Shown: positions 39,303 to 51,040 of the stretch, piece after piece
Layout: the number at the start of each line of letters is the position of its first letter
Position numbering within the stretch: position 1 is the stretch's first letter
From: Gekko japonicus
Taxonomy: Eukaryota
Assembly: GCF_001447785.1 (NCBI RefSeq)
Contig: NW_015166492.1
Span: 196,795-260,794, forward strand
Length of the DNA: 64,000 nucleotides
Reading direction: 5' to 3'
Notes under the pieces: generated by a model
What the model saw: only the letters and a program-made list of their open reading frames with translations
What the model was told of the DNA's origin: nothing
The model's database searches: none
Made by a program: the position numbers and the translations under genes

Positions 39303-39636
39303 TAGGGTTGCCAAATGGGCCCAGGGGGCGGGGAATCCCCCGCTTTGGAGGCCCAATTTCTGCCGNNNNNNNNNNNNNNNNNNNNNNNNNNNNNNNNNNN
39401 NNNNNNNNNNNNNNNNNNNNNNNNNNNNNNNNNNNNNNNNNNNNNNNNNNNNNNNNNNNNNNNNNNNNNNNNNNNNNNNNNNNNNNNNNNNNNNNNNNNN
39501 NNNNNNNNNNNNNNNNNNNNCAATGTCGCACGTCACTTCTGGTGACGTGCTGCTTCGTACGCGCGTGTCCAGCAACAACTCCCGGACCGCGGCGAGTCTC
39601 CCCTGCCACGAGGGGTAAGTCCACTTGGCAACCCTA
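39303..39636. mobile_element. CpG-rich hAT element (spans a gap) inserted in a Squam3-like SINE
   Basis: TAGGGTTGCCAA / TTGGCAACCCTA TIRs with 8-bp TSD CCCACCCA. Confidence 0.75.
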
Positions 39637-40379
39637 CCCACCCACCTCACAGGGTGTCTGTTGTGGGGAGGGGAAGGGAAAGGAGTTTGTAAGCCGCTCT
39701 GAGACTCCCTTGGGTAGTGAAGGGCGGGGTATAAATCCAATCTCTTCTTCTTCTTCTTAATTCAGTGTGATCTTTCTTCATAGACCATTTGGTTGGTTTT
39801 ATTTATTTATTTTTCATTTCGTTCTACTTTTTATCCTGCCCCTTGCCCAGCGATTGTGTCTCTGGGCGGTTTATTTAATGATTCATTACTTATTATTTAT
39901 TACTTTGGATTTGTCAATCACCCAGTCCAGTACCCACAAGGCTCTGGGAGATGTACAAGTTAAAACAGTGTTAAAATTAATAAAATCTATAAATTAATTA
40001 CATAATCCCAGATGGCATCGATAATTGCTGATTGGATGTATGCTGATTTTCTTGTATTATGCACGATTTTTAAAGTACCTTTAGGGCTTCTTTAGACTCA
40101 GAAGGTGGGAGTTTAACAAATAACTTCCTAATAAATAAATATGAAAAGCATCCTTACTAGCACATAGAATATGGAGATGAGACAGGTTTATGCTGCTTCT
40201 CATTGCTAAACATTGTTGCAAGGTGGAAATACACGCCTTAGACCTGAATAGCAAGCGGCGCCCAGACCATTTGTTTGTACATGTTCATGGGCCACTAAAT
40301 ATAGTTGTGGGTAGAATATGAGATATTCTGTCTTGTGCTACCAGCAGATAGCAGGGAGGCTGTGGAAACCATGCACAGG

Positions 40380-41570
40380 TGCTTGGAGGCACTTTTGGAA
40401 TAGATGAGGGCTAACAAGCCGAAACTTAATCCCAGCAAAATGGAGGAGCTACTGGTGGGAAGGAGGTGTGACCCAGCTAGGGATGCCAGCGTCCAGGTGG
40501 GACCTGAGGATCTCCTGGAATTACGGCATCTCCAGACTACAGAGATCAGTCCCCCTGGAGAAAATGGATGCTTTGGAGGGAGGACTCTGTGGCACTGAAC
40601 TGCACTGTCCTCCCCAGGCTCCATCCCCAAATCTCCAGGAGTTTCCCATGTTGGATCAAGTAACCCTATCCCCCCATCCCCCACCCGTGGCCAGGGGGAC
40701 CTGGCTACCCTAGACCCAGGAAATGGGTTATCTCCTGTTCTGGATGGGGTTGCACTTCCCCTAAAGGAGCAGGTTTGTAGCTTGGGGGTGCTCCTGGACC
40801 TGGGCCTCCTGTTGGATATACAGGTGGCAGCGGTGGCTGGGGTTGCCTTTTACCAGCTTCAACTGGTGAGCCAGTTGCGGCCCTTCCTGGGCAATGCCCT
40901 GTATGTGGGACCGCCACTGAAGACTGTCCAGAAGCTACAGTTGGTACAGAATGTTGCAGTCCAAGTATTGACTGAAGTGAGTCATAGGGACCGTATCACT
41001 CCAGTATCCTTCCACTTACACTGGCTTCCAATTTCCTTCAGGGCTCAATTTAAGGTGTATGACCCAACATACCTTAAGGACCACCTTCTCCCATATGAAT
41101 CTACCCACTCACTCTGGTCATCCTCAGATGCTCTGCTTTGGTTGCCCCCACCATCTAAGGCAGGGGTGTCAAACATGCAGCCCGGGGGCTGGATCAGGCC
41201 CCCGGAGGGCTTCTATCAAACAAATGAGTTTGACACCCTGATCTAAGGCTAGATGGGTGGTGACCCAAGAAAGGGCCTTTTCTGTTGTGGCACCCAAACT
41301 TTGGGACTCCCTCCCCAGGGAGATTTGTCTGCAACCCTCTGTCAGTGTCTTTTGCCAGCAGGTGAAAACCTTTTTGCCTCATCTGGCATACTGTCAGTAA
41401 CGGTTATGGGCCCTCCTTCTGGTGCTATTTGGTCATGTGCTTTTAACTGAATTGTATAATTTTAAGTGTGTTTTAATTGCTTAAATATTTTAATTTTGTT
41501 ATATTCACCACCTTGTGAACCCTGATTGGTTGGAAAGGCGACATAACAATATTTTAAAGAAATAATAAAT
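40380..41570 (+). mobile_element. Degenerate L2 LINE 3' region, interrupted by MITEs
   Basis: ORF2 remnants KLNPSKME, LQLVQN and HWLPISFRAQFK, plus an L2-like 3' tail. Confidence 0.75.
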
Positions 41571-41859
41571 ACTGGGGTGGATCAAACTACCCTCCAAGTA
41601 GCCAGGAGTCTTTCCCCAATTTTAAGTGGCTCTTCTTCCAGTGGAAGACTGGTTTCAGGAAGGACCTTGGATTGGAGGAAGGCTCCAGACCCAAGCCAAA
41701 AGGAAAGGTGGGGTAGAAATATTTCAATAAATAAGTACATAAGTAGGGTATGGACAGGATCCACCCCACTAACTTGAGTCTCTAAGTATCGTATCAAAAG
41801 TATTTTATTTATACAACACATAATTAATTGATGTAATTTGCTGCAATCAAGATGATTCG

Positions 41860-42845
41860 GAGGTTGGAGCACCTCCCTATGAGGAAAGGTTGAAGAGTCT
41901 GGGATTTTTCAGTTTAGAAAAAAAGACAACTAAGGGGAGACATGATAGAGATTTATAAAATTATGCATGGGGAGGAGAGAGTTGACACAGGTCCCTGCCA
42001 CACGGGGGAAAATAGTCCGGCAAAAGTGCGGCTTTTAAAAGCCGCACCAAAATAGGCATGCGGCGGCGGGATCATACAGATCCCGTGAGCCGCGGCGCAA
42101 TTGCTCTCCGACACGATCAGATGCCGGGGAGACATCAACGGGAGGCTGCCGAACTGTGCATGTCTGAGCATGCGCCGTTCGGCCAGGAGCCGGGGATGTG
42201 CTGGCGAAAGGATGCGCCGGCGATCCCATGGCCGGCCTTGATGCGGCCTTGCCAGAAGAACCACCTCGGTAGGTGGTTTATTTTTGCTGCGTGTTTTGGG
42301 CGGAAGGGCCGGATTGAGGACGGGTGCACAACGCTTCCCAGATGTTGTGGTGGGATCGCGCCCGTTTGCTGTGCCCCCGATCCATCCTTCTCCCGGCCCA
42401 AAACCTCTAGTGTGACCAGGGCCACAGTGAACTTTTTCTCTCTTTCCCAAAATACTAGAATTCAAGGGCATCCAATTATGCTGATGGGCAGTAGATGCAG
42501 GACAAAAATATTTCTTTACACAGAGAGGGATTAAAATGTGGAATTCACTGCCAGAGGATGTAGTGATGGCCGCAGGAATAAACAGCTTTAAGAGGGGATT
42601 AGATAGATTCATGGAGGATAGGCCTATCAGTGGCTACTAGCCATGGTGAGTGAGGGGAACCTCCACATTCAGAAGCACTAAACCTCTGAATCCCAGAACC
42701 AGGAGGCAGCATCAGGAGAAGACCTCGGCCTCTGTGCCCTGTTGTTGGCCCTCCAGAGGAACTGGTTGGCCCCTGTGTGAGACAGGATGCTGGACTAGAT
42801 GGACCATTGGTCTGATCCAGTAGGGCTCTTCTGATGTTCTTCTTA
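41860..42845 (+). mobile_element. CR1 LINE 3' fragment containing a Harbinger-like MITE (41990-42423, TSD ACA)
   Basis: CR1 ORF2 end (CCTATGAGGAAAGGTTGAAG...AAGGGGAGACATGATAGAG) and 3'UTR. Confidence 0.8.
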
Positions 42846-43460
42846 AAGGAAAGTAATAATGGCCACCATTTTAGGCGATTATACAAGATGTTAGACAATT
42901 TCATGGAGGGAGCTTTAATAAAAGCCATAATAGCATATCTCTGAATACCACTTACTGGGAATAGCAGGGTAGGGCTAGCTATTGCTTTTATGCCCTTCTT
43001 GTGAACTTCTGATGGATATCTGTTTGACAAGATGTTTTCCTAGATGGACCCTTGTCCTCATCTAGCAGGCTGTATGTTCCATTGACAATACAGTCGAGAA
43101 TGTACAAATCCATAAAACCATACATAAGCAAGGGGCTTTCAAGGCAAGTGAGAAGCCAAGGTGGTTTGCCATTTCCCTTCCTCTGCACAGTCTTTCTTGG
43201 TGGTCTCCCATGCAAGCACCAACCCCGCTTAGTTTCTGAGATCTGACAAGATTGTTCTATATACCATGCTGCCTTCCCTCCCACATATCCATAAATAAGA
43301 ACACTTTGTTTGCTCCCAGGTAAATTTCACAGAAGGGTACTGCTGTGTTGCTTTGCGTATCATTAATTATAGTCAATCTTAAAAATATCCAAAGGGTGCA
43401 ATCCACATTCTGCATTGGCAAAGAAAACACTTACTCTAACTCCAAACTCACACCTCTTAG

Positions 43461-43738
43461 GAGAGCCAGTTTGGTGCAGTGATTAAGTGCGGGGACTCTA
43501 ATCTGGGAGAACCGGGTTTGATCTCCAACTTCTCCACTCGCAGCTGCTGGATGACCTTGGGCAAGCCATAGTTCTGTCAGAGCTGTCCTTGAAAAGAGCA
43601 GTTTCTGTCAGAGCTCTTTCAGCCCCACCTACCTCACAGGGTGTCTGTTGTGGGGAGGGGAAGGGAAAGGAGTCTGTAAACTGCTCTGAGACTCCAAGTG
43701 AAGGGTGGGGTATAAATCCAATCTCTTCTTCTTCTTCT
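43461..43738 (+). mobile_element. Squam3-like SINE (full length)
   Basis: tRNA head with A/B boxes, core and (TTC)n tail. Confidence 0.75.
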
Positions 43739-44048
43739 CTTCTCTAGCCAGCTTAGGGCCAAAGTAGACAAGACAATGTCCTTGTGGCCACTACAAAGAC
43801 TCCACAGCCCTTTGAAGTCATTTAAAAATGTCACAAGGTCCTGCAGCACAGTGCTTTTGTCCTCTCCCCCCTTTTCAAGTGCCAAAACAGCAAGGGAGGG
43901 GCTTGCAGCCATATGGGCACTTGATAAGGCGGGAGCAGGGCACAAGAGTTCCTTAGGCTGCTATGTTGTGGGGGTGATCACGATTGGACCCTTGCATAGG
44001 TTTGCCAGGTCCCCCTTGGCCACTGGTGGGGGAAGGGGGCGTTGCCAG

Positions 44049-44254
44049 CAATATTCCCTCTAAGCTGTGGAGTCTTGTGAGCAAAAATTCTGGTTTGTGA
44101 GCTTATGGCTTGAAAGTTGTGAGCGAGCGATTTGGCTGCTGCACAAGTCAGTTTGCTCTGGAGCCATCCTTCCTGAGCTGAGACAAAAATGTGTGAGCCG
44201 GAGGCTAACAAACTGTGAGCCAGCTCACACTAACTCAGCTTAGAGGGAACACTG
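44049..44254 (-). mobile_element. hAT MITE family A inserted into a family B MITE
   Basis: Perfect TSD GTTGCCAG. Confidence 0.9.
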
Positions 44255-47078
44255 GTTGCCAGATCCTGGTTGGGAAACTCCTGGAGATTTGGGGGTAGAG
44301 CACGGGGACGACAGGGACCTCAGTGGGGTACAATGCTATAGAGTCCACCCTCCAAATCATCAATTTTTGTCCAGGGGAACTGGAGATGAACTGTAATTCT
44401 GGGGGATCTCCAGGTGGGACTTGGAAGCTGGCATCCCTTGCAGCATCCTTACCCTTGTCACATCCGGTTTAGCCCTTAAAGGCGTGCTAAATAAGGTTAC
44501 TGGCTGGCCAGGAAAAAAAACGCCAGGCCTCATTCATAGAGGTTTGATGAGTGGAGATGCACAGTTGAAGCTTTTCAAGGCATGACATTAAATAAAGTTC
44601 ACCTAATAATTGCCTGCAGATCAAACTGCTATTAAAGGGGCAGCACGAGGGACCTGTTTAAATTAAAAGCTGGTAGCAACGCTTGTTCTAAAAGCAGCAG
44701 GAGAATGGAGAGGCTGTGGTGGTGATGGAATTGGCAGGAGAAAGGCAAGCCGCAGCTACCTCTGTAGCATCTGGGCACCTGGGCTCACTGTTTGTCTTCA
44801 TTAGGAGCATGGTGTTAGCTTGAAGCCACTTTGCTGTAGCAGCTTTAAGGGCAGGAAGGAAGGGGTGGGGAGAGGAAGTTCTTCACTAGGAGAAATGAAA
44901 GTAAATATGAGAAGAACCAGCAGAAAGGAAGAGAAGAGAGCAAGATTTATGCTTCTCCCTTTCCCAGCCAGGGAAACTGACCCCAGCTTACTAGCACCTG
45001 CCGCATCCATCCACACACACCTAATTCAGTTGTGGGCAGACTTTCAGACTCCTCAATATTGCCTGCAGGTGAATTCTCCCATCAGAGTTCCCAGATCTGC
45101 AGAGACTTGGAGATGATAACCAGAGGTCATTTCGGGGGGAAACACGGGGGATCACAGTTCCCCCGAGTGAGGTATGGGGGGCGGGGCACATGACGAAGCC
45201 CCGCCCCCTGCTTCCGGCCGCCCCGCTTCCAGCCCTCATTTTCCCTTCCCCTCCCCACAACAGACACCCTGTGAGGTGGGTGGGGCTGAGAGAACTCTGA
45301 CAGAAACTGCCCTTTTTCAAGGACAGCTGTGCCAGAGCTTGTGACTGACCCAAGGTCACATGATCTCAGAAGCTCTCAGAAGCCAGGCAGGGCCAGCCCT
45401 GGCAAGTATTTGGATGGGAGACCTCCAAGGAATACCAGGGTCATGACCCAGAGGTAGGAAATGGCAAACCACCATTGAATGTCTCTTGCCTGGAACCCCC
45501 CCTGAGGGGTTTTCAGTAAGTCAGCTGTGACTTGATGGCAAAAAAAGGAAAAAAACCCACAATGCAGTAAAAAAATAAACCAGAGTCTTGTGAAACTTTA
45601 AAGACAATGCTGTAATAAAATCTTAACGGCCAGTGTGTCAGAGTAGGTTCTAGGGAACACAGTCAGCCTAACAAACCTCACAGAGTTGCTGTCTGGACAA
45701 GATGGAGGTAAGGAGAATGATGTGACCCACTTGGGATCCCCGCTGGGGAGAAAGGTGGGGCATAAATGAAATTAAGAAATAAATAAGAAAGTGCCACAAG
45801 ATTTCTGTGTATTTCCCCCCCAATTCTTTTAGTCTGTTACTTCAGCGAGCCCCAATACAGTAAGGCACAACATCCAAATAAGAAACTATAGATCTAATCT
45901 GAGGGAAACTGAAACAAATGGATAGTGGAAAGGGTGTATATGTGATACCATGCAGCATAATAACCTATGTATCAAAGAACGTTTCAAATGAATTTGCGGA
46001 GAGATGCTTGAAACAAAAAAGGATCTAGACTGCCACCTACTGGCTAATGTGTGTTGCAACTCCAAATTAGGGTATTCTCCCTGTTATGTATTCACTGTAT
46101 TAAATGCAATGTTAAGCTTGAGTTTCAGCCAGGATTCTAAGCTGGAACAATCCTATTGGTTGAAGGTTAATGGTAACCAATCAAAGCTTAAGAACTGTGC
46201 TGGAGGGAACAGACCTGATTGGACTTTATTGTAAGAATACTATTGGTCCTTAACTATTCCTGGGCGTGGCTACATCAGCCCGGGATTGTTTAAAAGGGAG
46301 CTATGCTCCACTGTTGGTTGTTGTGTGTTCTTCTGAGGTTCCTGTTGTTAAATAAAGCTGATTTCACTTCCTAAAACGACGTTGAGTCAATACTTGACAG
46401 GTTGTAATCCTAGAGAGTGTCCTGTAAGCTCGGGAACGCACAACGCGTGGCCGCTCGACGGAGTCCTGCCAGATTCTAACTGCTAACATATTTAGCTTCC
46501 ACATTCTAAATGTACTTGGAACCTTCATAGACAAAGCCCCTGAAAGAGCCAAACTTGGATTTTTTAAAAACCTGCTAATCCAGAATCATATACACCAGGG
46601 GTCCCCTCCCCAACCTTTTTGAGTCTGTGGGCACCTTTGGCATTTTGACACAGCACAGTGGGTGCCATCACAAAATGGCTGCCGCAGGAGGCTTAGCCGG
46701 CTACAAAATGGCTGCTGCAGCTTAACTTCAGTCACTCAGTGAAGATCCTTGTGCCGTGGTGGCAGCTGCTGCCAAAGCAACATTTTTTTAAAAAATCTGC
46801 ATAGCCGATCAGAGTCCTCAATGACTAATCAGAAGTCTTTCTGGGCAAAAGCTCTATGTGGCCCTACCCTTGTTATATACACTCAAGTATCTTACTCCAA
46901 AACCAAAACTCCAATATCCTACCAGATAGGTAGGAAGGTGCCAGTAAGCCTATCACATCTCCAACGTTTGCTGGAAACTGAGTTAAAAATTCTTGTTCAT
47001 CTGAAAGGGGTATAATACAGCAATTTGACCCCATTCTCTTTTAAGCCCCATATTCATAGTAATTGTATACATTAGAAT

Positions 47079-47470
47079 CAGGGGTCATTTCGTAGAAAAA
47101 GAAGTGCAGGAGCTCATTAGAATAACTTATTTGCATATGCCACACCCCCTGACATCACCGGGAGTGTGTCAGAAGGCAAAACGCAACGCTCAGGCTCCAC
47201 TGGACTGTTTTGGATTGCTAGCTAGGGGGGGGGGGCATGGGCATATCTGTCCTTGCAGAGGAGGGAGAGCTTGTACCTGAATAAAACTTGGTCTTAAAGG
47301 TGCTACTGGATTGTTTTGGGCTGGGGGGAGCTCTGCAATTTACCTGGCTGCTTCTTGCTCTGACTGAGGGCTTCTGGGAGCAGGGGGTGGGGCTTGTTGC
47401 ATGTGCCCGCCCTCTGGGCTCTTTACTGCCAGAGCTCCACTCCTGTGTGCTCCTGCAGGAAATGACCCTG
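47079..47470 (+). mobile_element. hAT MITE family C (~390 bp)
   Basis: TIR CAGGGGTCATTTC / GAAATGACCCTG; perfect 8-bp TSD ATTAGAAT. Confidence 0.9.
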
Positions 47471-48139
47471 ATTAGAATCATAGAGTTGGGATAACTCCAG
47501 GGTCATCTAGTCCAACCCCCTGTACAATGGAGGAAGTTCACAAATACCTCCCTCTTCACAACCCCTGCTGGCCTGTTCCATGCCCAAGAAGGTGGCAAAA
47601 ACCCCTCCAAGATCCCTGGCCAAACTGGCCTGGAGAAAAATAGCTTCCTGACACCCCAAAGTGCCAATTGGCATTTCCCTGGGCGTGTAAGAAAGGGCCA
47701 TGAGTACTAAGCACTGATGCAACCCTCCCTCTCATGATCTGCCTAAGTTCACAGAATCAGGATTGCTGTCAGGTGGCCATCTAGCCTCTGCTTAAAAACC
47801 TCCAAAGACGTTTATGCAATTTACACTATTCCTGTATGGACTTATTGGCAGACAAATCACTTTCCCATTTTTCCTTCAATGGTAATGCTGGCATGGCCTG
47901 CTCCATAAAGAACCCCGTAGAATTTCTTTAGTGAGTTAGTGATTTAAGAAGATCACTTCAGAGGGTAAGCCATGTTGGTCTGTGGTAGTACAGCTAGATT
48001 CGAGTGGTTTAAGAAAAATTTGTTCAGAATTCGTATGATCCCTATATATGTTTATCTTCCTACCCAGAACCTGTATAAAACTCCTTAATTGCATATATTG
48101 GTAGATACATAGAGACTGCTTCTTAATTTTAAAAAACAG

Positions 48140-48585
48140 TTAATAATAAGAAAGTAGATCCTGATGTTTATGTAGAGCAAACAGGGAGGTGACAATTTTA
48201 TGTGCTGCTGACGCTTCTAGGAGGGGCATCCATTTTTCTTGGAGATTGTCAGGAGCGGGTTGATTTTCAGTTCGAAGGATACTAGTGGAAACTTTGTCTT
48301 GTAGAAAAAAGTCCCACAATTTCAGATACCAATCACTCAGTTGTAACGTCGTCTTAGATTTCCAGTGAAATGCAATAACATTCCTAGCAGCCGCAAGACA
48401 TAATTCTATTAGCTCTTTCATAAGCCCGTTAGGGGCAGGATGACTCCAATGGTTCAGGAGGAACAAGGAGGGTTGCAGTTGGAGGGTGCAACGAGACTGC
48501 TTCTGGATTACTTTTTTCTTTCACTGCATCAAAGGGCATGATCGATTGGGTCCTTCTGAAATGTATTAACTTGATCTGACCATCT
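48140..48585 (-). mobile_element. L1/Tx1-type LINE ORF2 C-terminal fragment
   Basis: Translation LCLAAARNVIAFHWKSK...W is typical of non-mammalian L1 ORF2 ends. Confidence 0.65.
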
Positions 48586-48823
48586 CTTACAGGGTTGCCA
48601 ACTCTGCTTTGGGAGATTCCTGGAGATTCTGGGGGTGGAGCCTGAGGAGGGCGGGGTTTGGGGAGGGGAGGGACTTCAGGTGGGCATAATGCCATTGAGT
48701 CCTCCCTCCAAAGCTGCCGTTTTCTCCAGGGGAACTGATCTCTGTTGTCTGGAGTTCAGTTGTAATTCCAGGTGATCCCCAGACCCCACCTGGAGGTTGG
48801 CAACTCCACCTCTTACCCTCATG

Positions 48824-49230
48824 CAGGGGTCATTTCCCGCAGGAGCGCACGGGAGCGGAGCTCCGGCAGTAAAGAGCCCAGGGGGCGGGCACATGCAAAA
48901 AGCCCCACCCCCTGCTCCCAGCAGCCCTCAGTCAGAACAAGAAGCAGCCAGGTAAGCTGCAGAGCTTCCCCCAGCCCCCCGGTCCAAAACAGTCCAGTGG
49001 CACCTTTAAGACCAAGTTTTATTCAGGTACAAGCTCTCCCTCCTCTGCGAGGACAGATCTGCACGTGTCCCCCCCCCAATAGCTAGCAATCCAAAACAGT
49101 CCAGTGGAGCCGGGTGTTGCCTTCTGACACACTTCCGGTGATCTCAGGGTGTGTGGCATATGCAAATAAGTTATGCTAGTGAGTTATGCTAATGAGCTCC
49201 TGCACCTCTTTTCCTACAAAATGACCCCTG
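48824..49230 (-). mobile_element. hAT MITE family C
   Basis: Inverted copy of 47079-47470; perfect TSD CCCTCATG. Confidence 0.9.
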
Positions 49231-49852
49231 CCCTCATGTTAAAATTACCAATTCATCTAGCCAATTTAAAATCAGGGTGATCAATGACTGATTCCAATGG
49301 GGACATCAAGAGTNNNNNNNNNNNNNNNNNNNNNNNNNNNNNNNNNNNNNNNNNNNNNNNNNNNNNNNNNNNNNNNNNNNNNNNNNNNNNNNNNNNNNNN
49401 NNNCTGCGAGGACAGATCTGCCCGGGTCCCCGCCCCCCCCCCCCCGAATAGCTAGCAATCCAAAACAGTCCAGTGGAGCCGGAGCGGTGGATGTTGCCTT
49501 CTGACACACTTCTGGTGATCTCAGGGTGTGTGGCATATGCAAATAAGTTATGCTAGTGAGTTATGCTAATGAGCTCCTGCACCTCTTTTCCTACAAAATG
49601 ACCCCTGCCCTCATGTTAAAATTACCAATTCATCTAGCCAATTTAAAATCAGGGTGATCAATGACTGATTCCAATGGGGACATCAAGAGTACCATTTGCG
49701 GGCTGTGTTTATCTCAGAATTCTGTCACTTCCACTTAAATCAGATTGGTCATAGAGTCCCTGTAGTCCCTTTGTCCCGCCACATCCAGGAGGACAGCTTG
49801 GGGAGGAAAGGGTTTGGGGTCTTTCTTGACACACTTCTATGTGCTTTCTCAG

Positions 49853-50062
49853 ATGCAGGTTTCAAAGGAGCCCCAGCACTCAAAGGAAAGGAGCATTGAT
49901 GACATTCTTCAGCCCCGGGAGAGTATCAGGGCTCACAGACATGTTATCCCAACTAAGGAACCATCACCTCCTCCTCCTCCATCCCGTGGTCCTCTGTTGG
50001 TATCAGGGCCAGAAGCTCCAAAAGACAGTGAACAAGCCATGTTGGAAAAAGACAATGTATTG
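49853..50062 (+). CDS. PLD3/4-like gene, candidate exon 2 (70 aa, Pro-rich, disordered)
   Basis: ttctcag acceptor, open frame MQVSKEPQHSKERS...AMLEKDNVL, TTG|GTAAAT donor, phase 0/0, unique non-repeat sequence. Confidence 0.55.
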
Positions 50063-50814
50063 GTAAATCCTGAAACACAATTTTGGCTGGTTCAGATTTT
50101 AGGTTTCATTGAGGGCTGTTTCCCCAAGAATGTTTTGCTTCACCTTAGCTTTTCTTACCGCAGTGCTGTTTGGGGGAACATCCAAATGATGTCTTTGCTG
50201 CAAGCTTTCCGAAACCTAGTTTGGTATGATCTTTTTGGAAAGATCTCAGTTAAAGTATCATTGGATGTCCTGTGGATGGGAAAGTGTACATTTTTCCAGG
50301 TCCCACCGTTTCCCTTAGCTCAGCCCTCATACCATTCTCCACCACCATCACTGGAGAACTGACTGACAGTTTAATATAGTGTCCTAAATCTGTAGTCGTT
50401 TTCCTTATGGAGATGCAAGTGGAAATGTGGAGGCTGCACATTTTTCCTTACAGCTTAGCAAAAAAAAGGACTAGAGACTTACTTTTTGTAAAATGAAAGC
50501 TGGGAACGACTGTACTGTTGCAACAGGTCATTTTAATGCTTTAGCAATAGAGCAATTCCTGTTTTTTTAAAGATGGGGGGGAATGGTGGTAGCGAGGTAC
50601 TGAGGCAAGCAAAGTCTGGGGGATGCTTCTGAGTCCGAGGCCCCATTGCCCCTGCCATGGCTTCTGCGTGCCCACAGCACAGAGGAGCAGCTATCGTAAG
50701 CAACAGAGTTGCCCAGAGACATTTTGGTGCCTAGAATGGAAACTTCAGATTTTAAATTAGATGTGATATGGTAAGAATGTGAAGGTGCTTGGGAGCAGCA
50801 GTGGGTCAGATTGA

Positions 50815-51040
50815 GAGTACTTAATCCTTTCCCCACTAACCCTCTTCATACTGCTTTTCTTCCTACAGGGGGAAAAGAATTGGGGACACTCTTCCCAGTA
50901 GGGGTGCCAACCTCCAGGTAATAGCTGGGAGAGTACCTAATCCTTTCCCCGCTAACACTCTTCATACTGCTTTTCTTCCCATAGGGGAAAAGAATTGGGG
51001 ACACTCTTCCCCGTAGGGGTGCCAACCTCCAGGTAATAGC
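50815..51040. repeat. Tandem duplication (~120 bp, 2 copies) including a MITE B left end
   Basis: AATCCTTTCCCC...GGGGTGCCAACCTCCAGGTAATAGCTGG repeated. Confidence 0.8.

Noticed and set aside
45835-46490. Possible solo LTR (TATA-like, CCAAT and AATAAA signals)
   Set aside because: Could not define TG...CA ends with a matching TSD.
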